A DNA stretch of 64,000 nt from NCBI RefSeq assembly GCF_963506605.1, contig NC_083288.1, forward strand, positions 31,248,001-31,312,000. Reading direction: 5' to 3'. Each line of letters starts with the position of its first letter. Within the stretch, counting starts at the first letter, position 1. Source of the stretch: Zootoca vivipara (lineage: Eukaryota). The position numbers were made by a program, and so were the translations under genes. The notes beneath the pieces are model-generated. The model did no database searches, had not been told where the DNA came from, and saw only the letters and a list, made by a program, of their open reading frames with translations. Positions 13,567-25,357 of the stretch are shown in pieces.

Positions 13567-14189
13567 TTGCAGTGTTATATGTTCAATAGCCACTGAAAAC
13601 CCTACCATCCATGAACAGATATAACTGCTTGTTAAAGCCAGCTAAGCTAATAGCCACCTCAACATCCTGTGGCAGGGAGTTCCATAGATATATTATGCAA
13701 TGTGTGAAAGAGTGCTTTCTTTTGCCTGCCTTGTATCTGCTGCCAAACAATTTCATTCTCAAACCATTTCATTGCTTTCCCTAACAATCCTTCACAAGCA
13801 ATTTGCCATTCTTGTCTGCCACGAAACCCTGAATTGATGTTTCAGTCCACCATGCCCTCTATCTTGGTTAGCCACTACTAGTTTGGACCCCATTGCTGAA
13901 TACGTAAAGTTGAATGTTCTGCCCCAAATGTGCATTATTTTATATTTATTTTGCCATTTCATTGCGCATTTGTTCAGTTTGCAGGGACTGTTTTGGATAG
14001 GGCTGTGTACCAGATTTGAGTGCAGCCCAAACTGATTCAGGCCAGTTTGGGGGGGGGTTCTGGACTTTAGCCACGTTATGTTGAGACAAACATCACCCCT
14101 GTTGGCCATGCTTCCTGAAGCTGATGGAAAATAGAGTTCAGCAGCACCAGAGGGCCACAAATTAGGTACCCCTGGTTTCTGGGATCATC

Positions 14190-14412
14190 ACAGAGCCAGT
14201 GTGGTGTAGTGGTTAAGAGCGGTAGACTTGTAATCTGGGGAACCGGGTTCGCTTCCCCGCTCCTCCACATGCAGCTGCTGGGTGACCTTGGGCTAGTCAC
14301 ACTTCTTTGAAGTCTCTCAGCCCCACTCACCTCACAGAGTGTTTGTTGTGGGGGAGGAAGGGAAAGAAGAATGTTAGCCGCTTTGAGACTCCTTAGGGTA
14401 GTGATAAAGCGG
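14190..14412 (+). mobile_element. tRNA-derived SINE, running into the gap
   Basis: A box TGGTGTAGTGG and B-box-like GGTTCGCTTCCC; close to the copy at 21092. Confidence 0.8.
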
Positions 14413-14606
14413 NNNNNNNNNNNNNNNNNNNNNNNNNNNNNNNNNNNNNNNNNNNNNNNNNNNNNNNNNNNNNNNNNNNNNNNNNNNNNNNNNNNNNNNN
14501 NNNNNNNNNNNNNNNNNNNNNNNNNNNNNNNNNNNNNNNNNNNNNNNNNNNNNNNNNNNNNNNNNNNNNNNNNNNNNNNNNNNNNNNNNNNNNNNNNNNN
14601 NNNNNA
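14413..14606. other. Assembly gap (N run)
   Basis: N bases. Confidence 1.
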
Positions 14607-14819
14607 GACATGTCTTATATTTATTTTTTCCTCAAAAAACACACTATGGCTTATTTTCAAGGGATGTATTATTATTTTCCTCCTCCTCCTGCCGCGGCCG
14701 GCATAGCTGCTGCGCCTATCACTATGTCTTATTTTCAGGGTATGGCTTATATTCCTTGAATGCTTAAAAATCCTGCTATGGCTTATTTTATGGGTATGTC
14801 TTAAAATATGAGAAACAGG

Positions 14820-14820
<1 letters not shown>
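14607..14820 (-). mobile_element. Tc1/mariner-pogo-type MITE (inverted relative to 15560-15797)
   Basis: Reverse complement of 15560-15780; ends in the TIR ATATGAGAAACAGGG. Confidence 0.75.
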
Positions 14821-14864
<44 letters not shown>

Positions 14865-14956
14865 TCACTAAGAGCGGGGCCTACTCTAAACCACATCAGG
14901 CAGGTACAGAGCTCAGCATACCCTAGAGGGCAGTCCCTTCTGCTTCCTCCCTACAG

Positions 14957-15212
14957 GTGAGAGGAGACCAGCAGTACCTCCTATTCACTAAGAAACCACT
15001 GTGGAGTCGGCATGGGGGAGGGATGTGGAGAAGGAGACAGATCCACCCTCCATAGAGCACAGCACAGCAGTTGCTGCCATGGTGGCTTCTGTGGCAGCAG
15101 CAGGCAATCCATTCCCTGGAGGCCAAATCTGCTGCCCCTGAAGATCCTGCTGCTTGAGGCAGTCACCTTATCTTGCCTCATGGGTGTGTGTGGGCCGGTC
15201 CTGTGCAACTGA
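14957..15212 (+). pseudogene. Ly6/uPAR family last-exon relic, copy B
   Basis: Same acceptor and C...C...CCHGGFCG pattern with hydrophobic tail as 3160-3421. Confidence 0.5.
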
Positions 15213-15559
15213 TATATGTGATTGTTCCTAGCTTTCTCTTTTATGTGTGGATGTTCTCTAGATTTTCAGCAGTCTATATTTTTAGCCTTCCAAAGACCTG
15301 ATAAACCTTATGAGCGATAAAATGACTAATAACCCGCCCCAAGTTTTACAGTTCTGAGGGCACATTTTTCATTTTTACAATAAAAAAATACACTGAACAA
15401 TACGGAAGCAGACATTACAAATTCATATTTTTAATCATAGATTTCTTTATTTCAGTTTCCATTTCAGGAGCAGACAGGCAATTACAAATCTCTTTTCACT
15501 TCACAGAGGTCAAGGCTTATTACACACCTGCATTGTTCATTTCTTAAAACCAATATATA

Positions 15560-15797
15560 CCCTGTTTCTCATATTTTAAGACATACCCATAAAATAAGCC
15601 ATAGCAGGATTTTTAAGCATTCAAGGAATATAAGCCATACCCCGAAAATAAGACATAGTGATAGGCGCAGCAGCAATGCCGGCCGCAGCAGGAGGAGGAG
15701 GAGGGAAAAAATAAGACATCCCTTGAAAATAAGCCATAGTGTGTTTTTTTGAGGAAAAAATAAATATAAGACGTGTCTTATAATATGAGAAACACGG
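15560..15797. mobile_element. Tc1/mariner-pogo-type MITE
   Basis: TIRs CCCTGTTTCTCATATTTTAAGAC and GTCTTATAATATGAGAAACACGG, flanked by TA. Confidence 0.8.
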
Positions 15798-16326
15798 TAT
15801 ATAAAAACAAATGAAAGAAACCCCCTTTTAAATTAAATATATATTTGTCCACAAATATATATCTAAAATTGTTCTGTTGAAAATTCACAATGCTACCTCA
15901 TCTAAATCTCATAATCTGTAGTAATTTATTCAAATTAACTTGCTTACAAAAATACAAACTTTCAAAATATGAACAAACAATGGGTTTATCAGGATAAATT
16001 CACACTAACAGAATTTTCACAAGGATTCCTTAATTTTTCTTGGGGGGGGGGAATTGCTGCAGAAATTTAAGATAGGAAAAATGAGAACCTGAGAGAACTG
16101 AAATAAACAGATGTATCATCCCTACTCTATGAATTTACCATTTCTCTCTCTCTGTCTCAGCTTCTACTCCTCCATGCCAATCTTTTACAAGGGGGAAATA
16201 ATACTCAGTTACTTTGTAGGGTTGTTGTAGACTAATGCATATGAAATCCTTTGAACAAGTAAAGAAATGCCAAATATTAGTATGGGTGAGATTTTGATGG
16301 TGGATTCAGTGGAGGCCCATGCCAAC

Positions 16327-17262
16327 CTATTTCCTTCCTAATAGCTTCCTAATGGCTGCCTTCACTTCCCTGTTCCTCAGGGTGTAAATAAGAGGGTTGC
16401 AGAGGGGAATGATTACTGTGTAGAGCAGGGAAAGCAACTTGTCCACTTTCATAGAGTCGGGTGTCTTGGGCCTCAGGTACACGACTGTTGCAGAGCCGTA
16501 AAAGAGAATGACCACAGTAAGGTGGGACGAGCAAGTGGAGAAGGCCTTCTGGCGTCCTATGGCTGATGGCAAGTGCAGGATAGTTCTGCTGATGTGTATA
16601 TAGGAGGCCAATATGAGGAAAAAGGGGACTATAACAAAGAGGATGTTCTCTGCATACACAGCCAACTCGTTGGCATACAGATCAGCACATGCCAGGCTGA
16701 GTATTGGTGGTATGTCGCAGAAGAAGTGGTCAATCTCATTGGGCCCACAAAAGGGCAAGGAGAAGATGAGCCCAATTTGCAACATCTGCACAGGGAGGCT
16801 GATGGCAAAGGAGCCGACCAGCATCCCCACCCGCATCTTCTGGCTCATGATGGTCATGTAGCGGAGAGGCAGGCAGATGGCAAGATAGCGGTCGTAGGCC
16901 ATGACTGCTAGCAAGAAGCACTCGGTTGCACCAAGGAAGAGCAGGAAGAACATCTGTGAGGCACAGGCTAGTAGAGAGATGGAAAGGTTCCCTGAGATTA
17001 GATTGGCCATCATTTTAGGAAGGGTGACTGAGGTGTAGCACATCTCCAGTCCTGAGAGACTGCGCAGGAAGAAGTACATGGGGGTACGTAAGGCAGGGTC
17101 CAGTGTTGTAACCATCACAATAAGACCGTTGCCCAGTAATATTGCCATGTATATGGCCAGGAAGGCAATAAAGAGGACAGCAGGATATTCCTGGTATCCC
17201 AACAAGATGAACTCATTCACTGTGCTCTGGTTCTCCCAGTGCTTGGCCTGTCCAGCATCCAT
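16327..17262 (-). CDS. Olfactory receptor (class II, family 10-like), intact, 311 aa
   Basis: Same OR motifs. Start at MDAGQ (17262), preceded by a splice acceptor. Confidence 0.95.
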   Translation of the reverse strand: MDAGQAKHWENQSTVNEFILLGYQEYPAVLFIAFLAIYMAILLGNGLIVMVTTLDPALRTPMYFFLRSLSGLEMCYTSVTLPKMMANLISGNLSISLLACASQMFFLLFLGATECFLLAVMAYDRYLAICLPLRYMTIMSQKMRVGMLVGSFAISLPVQMLQIGLIFSLPFCGPNEIDHFFCDIPPILSLACADLYANELAVYAENILFVIVPFFLILASYIHISRTILHLPSAIGRQKAFSTCSSHLTVVILFYGSATVVYLRPKTPDSMKVDKLLSLLYTVIIPLCNPLIYTLRNREVKAAIRKLLGRK

Positions 17263-17597
17263 CTGTGGAGAAACAGAGGTAACGGGATGAATCATGGAAC
17301 TACCGGTATAGATACTGATATAGCAGCCACAGGATAAAGTGAATGTTTAATTCCTCCAAATGTTGGTCTCAATAATAAACTAAATGTAATGAAAACTTCC
17401 TGCCTCAACCTAATAGCATGCAGATCATAATTTATACATCTTTTGTAAATCAGGTTGTTAATATTTCCTTGATTTGGGACTTAAAGAGCACTTTCTGCAA
17501 ATGTGCTTTTTGGCAGCATGTCATTGCTTCATTGTATATGATGCATTTTATTTGTGCACTAATTTGAGTTGTGTGTTTTTTTAAATAAAGCAATATG

Positions 17598-17644
<47 letters not shown>

Positions 17645-18507
17645 CATCTAGCACCGTGAAGGAAAATTGCCATCCATAAAGTGTCTGAAGTGCCTCTTAA
17701 GGGCCAACAATTGACACAACAGTATTCCTCATTGATTAACATGTGCATGTATGATTTTGAGCATGCCCACCTGGGTGAAACATGGAACTCCAAGATGGAG
17801 TTCAAAATATGACCTGACCACTAGGACATTATATAGGAGAGATACAGCTAACTCCTAACTGGGGTGCTTGCAAATTTCTCCTCCGATTTAAGATTACAGT
17901 AGTAACACTGTGGGTGCATAGGTTGCTATAATTTCATTTGCACCTTTCTCCTCTTGCCCCCATTACCAACAGATATAATATTTTTAAAAAGCCATCTTGA
18001 CATGCTTACATGCTTGACAGTATCAAGAATCGTTTTGTACTGTTTTGCATGTGTGCACTGATAAAACCCTGAACAAAGACCAAACCAAGATAATATTTTG
18101 TACAGGGCTTTAGTAATATGCATGTATCAGCAGAACAGTGGCAGCTCACAAAAAGAAAACAGGACATTAAAAAAGTATTTCCCTAATGTGCAGTAAAATA
18201 GCACACAGAAATAATATTGATATATTGATACAAGTTTTAAAAAAGAACCTTGATACGTTCACATCAAGTTTGTTTTTGCTGTATTTTATCAATTGCTGTA
18301 TGTACATTGGAAAAAGAGAGAGCGAAAGAGTTGCACATGAACTGAAGGACCTGAAATCAAACTGTACATACTGTTAAGAATTGGGAGAAACCTGTTATAC
18401 TAGCACACAAACTCCCCTTCGCATTGAGGTTTCGTATTATGCCCCTGGAATTTAATCTGCAATCACAGGATGATACCAGTCTGAGGAAATCTCTAGGTAT
18501 CTGACTA

Positions 18508-18755
18508 CAGTGGTACCTCGACTTCCAAATGCCTCGACTACCGAAGGTTTCGACTTACGAAGTCGGCAAACCCAGAAGTATTTTCGCCGTGCGTGCAGTC
18601 TGCGCCTGCGCAGAAGCGGCACGCGTGGTCTGCTCATGGGCAAAGTGCAAAATTGTGCTTTGCGCATGCGCAAAATGGACGCTTCGACATCCGAAGGTTT
18701 CGATTTACGAAGAGCATCGCGGAACAGATCGCCTTCGTGAGTCGAGGTACCACTG
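18508..18755. mobile_element. Tc1/mariner (Tigger-like) MITE
   Basis: TIR CAGTGGTACCTCGACT...AGTCGAGGTACCACTG with TA TSD. Confidence 0.85.
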
Positions 18756-19063
18756 TATTTGGAACATGCTGCAACAACAGGAACACACCTCCCATTAAGG
18801 CCAGCTTTAGAAATAATAACTCAGTATGAAGCTTTGGATCTACTTCCTCGGAACTCAAGAGGACAACAAATATGGACCCTTGGCTGCCCAAGAATGCCAG
18901 CTGCTGGCTTGGGATGGGAGTGGAATTTGACATTTCAGTGCTAAAACCTCTTACTTTGTGAAACAATATGCAAACCAAAATGGACTCCGCCTTTGAATTT
19001 CGTTGTTCTCTGAATTTTGTGAGGCCAGTTCCCAACCAAAATATGTTTTGGACAATGCATATA

Positions 19064-19282
19064 CAGTGGTACCTGGGGTTACAGACGCTTCAGGTTACAG
19101 ACACTTCAGGTTACAGCCTCTGCAAATTCAGAAATAGTACCTCGTGTTAAGAACTTTACCTCAGGATGAGAACAGAAATCACGCAGGCCCCATTAGCTAA
19201 AGTGGTACCTCAGGTTAAAAATGGTTTCAGGTTAAGAACGGACCTCCAGAACGAATGAAGTTCTTAACCCGAAGTACCACTG
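19064..19282. mobile_element. Tc1/mariner (Tigger-like) MITE
   Basis: TIR CAGTGGTACCT...AAGTACCACTG with TA TSD. Confidence 0.8.
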
Positions 19283-21091
19283 TATGTGTGGAAAGTGTGC
19301 ATGAATGGTAAAGCACACATACTAATGAAAATAACCTGGAAATCGGCATTATATTACCAAAATTTGCTTGCAGGAATGTGAATATTGGGAGAAACGTACA
19401 CTCAGACTATTTTAATGGCTGTCCAGGGTTTCAGACAGAAATCTTTCTTAGCCCTGGCTGGTGATGGCAAGGATCAATCCCAGGGACCTTTTGCGTGTAA
19501 AACGTATCCTCTGTCAATCAAATATGATCTTTCTCCTAAACAAAAATCTTACTCATTCTTACTCAGTACCCCTGATGAATTCTATCCAGGTAGATCTGAG
19601 CCATTTGTTATCCCTTCCCCTTCCCGTATATATACAGGTTAATTTAGTTTGCTGGGGAAATCAAGAGTCGTGTCCTGCCTTACAGGCAGACAATCAATTT
19701 ATTGAGAAACAGAGCATTTTTATAATGTATTGGAATAAACACGTTGCTCATCTACATATCTTGCTGTGAGGTTCCATAGGAGAATATTAAATCTCTAAAG
19801 CCCCTTAGCAGATATAGCAATACTAAGCTCTTTTGATTTATTGTTGAAAATAGTATAATAGTGTTGATGGTACATGCATTCAGAGTTTCTGTGCCTTTAG
19901 TATGCTAATCTGAAATTTTAAAATTCAAACTCAAATAGAATGTGATTTCTCACCTGCCAGATGGAGTCCCCTCCAAAGAAAACCAAACTAACATGGAGAT
20001 AAAGAGGGAGGGGGGGGGAAAGCTGAATCAGCTCTGAGTGGAGATTTGAACATAGCTCTCTTAGGTCCTAGTCCAACACTCTAACCACTACAATACCCTG
20101 GCTTTCTGAACCTGCAGATATGTGCAGTTCCTGTTTTTTTAAAAAAGAGCCCCCTCTCCTGGACTCTGACTCCCAGCGTTCCTGAACTTTGGCCCTGCTG
20201 GCTGTGGCTGATGGCAGTTGGAATCCACAACATTTGGAGGAGGAGACCAGATTACGGAAGACTGCCTTAGCAGAATGCCATAGCAATGGAAGCCTTCTTT
20301 CTACCTTCTTTTCAGCTGAGCTGCTCCTTAGCACAACTCCATATGCGATGCTCTGCTTCTATGGCCAACGTCACAGTGGGAAATGCTACCATCTATCCCA
20401 GCAAGGGTTGTTTTCCAAGCTCTCAGTGTAATATTTACCATAATTTATCAGCATGGAGAAGACAGCTTTCTAACATCTCCAAAGGGCATTGTTAGCCAGC
20501 TCAGCATTTCCCAGTCAGCACCAGTTTTGGTCCCAGTGGAGAAAATGCACTCACTGAATCTTTTTTGTTAATTAAGAACATTCAGTGAATTAGTTTTCAG
20601 GGGAGCGGGGTGAGTTGTCAACTCTTTTGAATTCTCTGTTAACAGTTTGAATGCCAATGAAATCCAATAAAAGTTACATATGAATTAATTGCTCATTTGA
20701 CTGAACACTCCTACATACACTAACCATTTCCCCATTCTCATAGTGAATTAGAGGTTGGAGGTTAGTGTTCTAGCCTGCTTTTCCATGAAGACACCTAGTT
20801 TTCTATGTGTTTTTATATCTTGATTTTTAAAAAAGCAGGTTTTCCAACTGTACAAATTCCCCAGCACACACACCACACTAAAAAGGGGAGAAAGACCCCC
20901 AAATGAGCATAAAGTTTGCTTTGCTCCTTGCTTAGCACTCTGTATCTTTGCTATCTTACACTCTTGGTTAGTGTTAAGAGGTAAAAATCAGCCAGATCCC
21001 CCTCTTGCCCCCTCCCCCTGCAAAAGAGGAACAATACCGTACCATTTAACCACAGAAGGACTGAGTTTACTGCGTAAAAGGGCTTTGGGGG

Positions 21092-21335
21092 AGCGAGTGT
21101 GGTGTAGTGGTTAAGAGTGGTAGACTCGTAATCTGGTGAACCGGGTTCGCGTTTCCGCTCCTCCGCATGTAGCTGCTGGGTGACCTTGGGCTAGTCACAC
21201 TTCCTTGAAGTCTCTCAGCCTCACTTCACAGAGTGTTTGTTGTGGGGGAGGAAGGGAAAGGAGAATGTTAGCTGTTTTGAGACTCCTTTGGGTAGTGATA
21301 AAGCGGGATATCAAATCCAAACTCTTTCTTCTTCT
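21092..21335 (+). mobile_element. tRNA-derived SINE
   Basis: A and B boxes, same family as 14190-14412, (CTT)n tail. Confidence 0.8.
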
Positions 21336-22556
21336 TTGGAGGTGCTGCAGTTAGTTAGTTTACTTGTGCAAATGGTACCACAATGGAAAATGTCTGGTTC
21401 TCTCTTCAGGACATCAAAACACTTCCTGGGGAGTAGGATTGAAAGGGAAGGCTCGACGCTGAACAGTAGCTTCAGGGTTGGGGGGGGGGTGTCTAGTAGA
21501 CAATTCACCTCCAAGCAGAGACAATAGCTGCCAAAAGGACATGGGCAGTACGGAGTGCCCACTCCCACTTTGCTAAGCTATTTGGCCATGCGTAGTAAAA
21601 AAAACCACTGTTATGTGGTCGGTTAGGAGCAGCGGGTAAGCACCACAATGCCATCCTCAGCTCTCCCACCACCTCCCACGTCACCAGTAACCTGTGGATG
21701 GCCACAGGACACGCTGCCCCAGGAGGCACTGGTGTTGGAAAGCTAGGATTGCAGCTCTGCAAACTGGCAAGCAGTTTCTGGTATGTGGTCATGTGAATCT
21801 ATATGATGCCTAGTTCACAAACAGCATTCAGTGTCTAAAATGATATGTAGAAAGGCTGAATTGAAACAGCTGGCCACAGCAGGAAACTGACTACAAGCCC
21901 ATGAACAACAAATTGTTATACTTAAACTGATGAGTATTGTGTTTTTACATGCAGGGGAAAGTCCTTTTGGGGGTTCTGTCAGAGGTGTCAAAAAACCTTG
22001 GTCAGCCTTGGGTACTGTGCATCCTGACTTTGCAGAGGTGGGGGGTGGGGTGGGGTACCATTTGCTGTTCTACCTCGAGCATCAAAATGTATTGGGATGG
22101 CCCTGACTACAGCACAAGTCAGTTTCACGTTCATGTACTTTCTCAAATGCATGCAGTGTTAGTTCTTGATTGATTGTCTTACTTTAGGGTTGCCCTATGT
22201 CCGGATTTCCCTGAACATATTCGAAATACTGTAGTCGGCAGCAGTGTCCAGTCAGAAATCAGGAAAATGCCTGGGAAAATCCGGACATATAGCAGCCCAT
22301 GTTGGCAGTGCTGTTTCCCCATAAAAATAGCTCAAAAACAGCATCATTTAAAGTGATTTCCCGCATAAAGCTGAAAAACATTGCCAAAAAAGCTCAACAA
22401 CTTTTCACTGTTTGAAATATGGAACCCCATTTTATTTCTTCTCACTTCTTTGACCATGAAGGTTTTCCATGATGATCCACAGGATCTGCAGCCTTTGGAA
22501 ATTGTCCCCCAAAACTATAAACAAATGGAGACTAGAGGTGCATACATATTCGTCGA

Positions 22557-23455
22557 TTATTTTCTTCTTATTAGCTGCTCTCTGTTGTTCAGCTCTGGCC
22601 TCAGCACAATGATGTAGCATTTTGGGGTAAAAATGCAACCCAGTAACCCAGCACTGGAGCATAAGATGGAGAAGATCTCCACAGCCACCATGTATTTTCC
22701 TTTGGTGCTCAGGTAGGTTGGAACAAAGGACAACCACACACTGCAAAACACCAACATGCTGAAAGTGATGAACTTGGCTTCATTGAAGCTGTCAGGTAAC
22801 TTCCTGGCTAAGAAAGCCACAGTGAGGCTGACAACTGCAAGGAAGCCCATATAGCCCAGGACACAGTAAAACATGGACTCTGATCCCTCATTACATTCCG
22901 CTAAGATTGTCCCACTCAGTGAATGCAGGTCTGTATCTGGAAATGGAGGAGAAGTACCTAGCCAAATCATACAAATGCCAGCTTGAATAAAAGAGCCAGA
23001 AAAGACAACTGAGTTTGTCAGCCTTTTCCCTACCCATTTCCTCAAGCTGGCTCCTGGTTTAGCTGCCATGAATGCCAGAACCACAGTGATGGTTTTTGCC
23101 AACACAGATGAAAGAGCCACAGAAAAGATGATGCCAAAAGCCATTTGCCGGAGAAGGCAGGTCACGTGTCCAGGCTGTCCAATGAAGAGCAAGGAGCAGA
23201 GGAAGCAAAGGAGGAGGGAGATGAGGAGGATGTAGGTGAGGGTTCGGTTGTTGGCTTTGACTATGGGAGTGTCCCTGTGCTTAATAAAAGTTCCAAGCAC
23301 TAAAGATGTGACCAAAGACAAAGAAGCAGCCAAGATAGCTAAGATGATCCCTAATGTTTCTTCATAAGACAGGTAGCTTAGAACTTTGGGAATGCATTGA
23401 TTTTGGTCAACATTCGGATGCTGATCTTCTGGACAATTTTCACAGACATCTACAT
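22557..23455 (-). CDS. Vomeronasal type-2 receptor (V2R), exon 6 (end of Cys-rich domain + 7TM)
   Basis: [48 protein letters not shown]; CAG acceptor; 899 nt, phase 1. Confidence 0.95.
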
Positions 23456-23892
23456 CTGAAAACAGGAAGACAAATATTTCAAGACTTTGTTTAACATCAT
23501 CAAAATGAAAAACTGAAGAAGCAGCTGCTATATGACGTATAACCAATACAAACTAGATGAAAATGTAGATTGTATATCTTTGACAGTGCTGTTGCCTTCG
23601 AAATGTTGTGTTATTGTTGTTGTTTTTTTAAAAAAATAATCTTTACAGATTTTTTTTTATAAAAATGAATGTTATAATTTGAAGCATCTTTCATTAGCAT
23701 TCTGATTTATTTAGCACAGACGATCTGCCTGGCTCTTTACAGAGCCCTGAGAGAAAGAAGGGTTCTTGCACTGACAAATTTCCAGTATAAAATTCAAGAT
23801 GGGGGAGGGGGAATGTAGATGACGGAGAGGGTAGGCACAAAAAAATGTATAGCCAGCTGATTACACAAATTTGGGGTTACTTTCACATTTAG

Positions 23893-24028
23893 CAGGCATC
23901 CCCAAACTGCGGCCCTCCAGATGTTTTGGCCTACAACTCCCATGATCCCTAGCTAACAGGACCAGTGGTCAGGCATGATGGGAATTGTAGTCCAAAGCAT
24001 CTTGAGGGCCGAAGTTTGGGGATGCCTG
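23893..24028. mobile_element. ~136 bp palindromic hAT-type MITE in V2R intron 5
   Basis: CAGGCATCCCCAAACT...AGTTTGGGGATGCCTG; same family as 32446, 33082, 36569 and 58411. Confidence 0.85.
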
Positions 24029-24419
24029 TTCTAGGTGCTGGTCCAGGACAAGGTTCTAGGTTTTCATTTTGATGCTATCGTCATTATCACATTATGCAGC
24101 TACAGTCTCCACAGCGAGTTAGTGGATTCCACTTATCATTGGTTCTGCATCCACCTTGAGTGCAAATTTCAGGCATAAGAGCCTGATCCAGATCAGGAAA
24201 GCAGCAGGAAGCAAAAAGTTAAAGCCCCCCCCCCTACAACAGGGTTGCAATTTGTACTCTATTCCCAGAAACACATTGGCAATTTGTGGAACAAAAAACC
24301 TGCACTCAAAGACAAATTGTTTAATTACTAATAGCCTTGAAACCACTGAGAATCAGAAAGAATCAGAATATTAGGTTAGGCCATTTTTGTTTTTAACCAA
24401 TGTGCATTATTTCTCCTAC

Positions 24420-24546
24420 CCTTCTGGCCAGAAATCATCCCTTCTGGACAAGGAACACAATCATAGCAGCAAAATTTCTCTCCCTCCTTCTCTTTCCTTC
24501 TGTAACCAGGATAGCAGTTCTCGTTGCACACAGAAAGTGGCAGTAC
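24420..24546 (-). CDS. V2R exon 5 (Cys-rich domain)
   Basis: VLPLSVCNENCYPGYRRKEKEGEKFCCYDCVPCPEGMISGQK; 127 nt; AG/GT bounded. Confidence 0.92.
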
Positions 24547-24826
24547 CTGTCCATAAACGAAATGGTAATTAGCATCAAGAAAGCAAATCTTGAGGAGGTG
24601 TTTGTTTCATTGGGATCTAAGAACCTCACTGCTTTAATTAGTCCAATACCAACATTATTAAGTTAATGCATCTCATGTTCTTTTACTTCTTTTACAAACA
24701 AGTGAAGGAACTATGGTTTCACAACTGTTCCTCAGCAGAAATCAAGCCTCAAGAAGAAGACTGAATGGGCTAAAACTGAACTTTTGGCAATTAGTCGGTC
24801 GATTCATGTTTGCAGCTGTTTCTTAC

Positions 24827-25054
24827 ATGGTCAAAGTTCCTATGCCAGACAATCTGGTCATCATTAATTATTAGTTCTTTGCCTGCAGGAGCGTGAGGTT
24901 CCAGTCGTCCAACTTTTACTCTAACAAAAGAGCTATTTGGGAAAGTCACCCAGTTGGTAACATCAAAACCAGCAACTAATTCTCTATTTTCGTCAAACTG
25001 TATATTGTCTCCAGCACTGTTGTTGAACAAAATGCTTCTCAAAAAGTGATTAAT
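24827..25054 (-). CDS. V2R exon 4
   Basis: INHFLRSILFNNSAGD...FDVTNWVTFPNSSFVRVKVG...IVWHRNFDH; 228 nt; AG/GT bounded. Confidence 0.92.
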
Positions 25055-25357
25055 CTAGGATGAACAAGAAAACAAAGGAAGAACTTGTTGAAATCTTTAC
25101 AGTGAAGTTTATATAAAGTCCTGGCTTAATTTTTATTTTGCTAGAAAACTGGCTTGAGATGGAAGTATGAACAACAGCAAATACACACACATATTTATTG
25201 GTTTCTTTTAATTTACATTCATAGAATTAAATTATAACATCTCAGTTCTCCTATGGCTAAACTTGATTCATTCGTATTCCTTTTATACTTGATTTCCCTC
25301 CCCTTCTTACTTGGGTCCTCAGTTTTCCTTATTTGAATGGCTCTCTTAACACATCTA

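Larger units (their letters stand above)
12149..15250. repeat. Local segmental duplication, copy B (paralog of ~327-3457)
   Basis: See copy A. It carries different insertions: a Sauria SINE, a tRNA-SINE and a MITE. Confidence 0.9.
17673..20505 (+). pseudogene. Tentative PLA2-inhibitor-gamma/PINLYP-like (two LU domain) pseudogene relics
   Basis: Three collinear fragments: SIKCLKC..ANN*H...LTC (17673-), YIQVNLVCWGNQESC (~19630-19675), and acceptor + STTPYAMLC / ANVTVGNATIYPSKGCFPSSQC...ISKGHC*PA (20330-20505). Contains stops and frameshifts. Confidence 0.35.

Noticed and set aside
14190-14270. tRNA-like sequences (also ~21095-21165)
   Set aside because: They continue into a shared SINE body and tail, so they are SINE heads, not tRNA genes.
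14076-14861. ORFs spanning N runs (also 34061-34352)
   Set aside because: Artefacts of assembly gaps.
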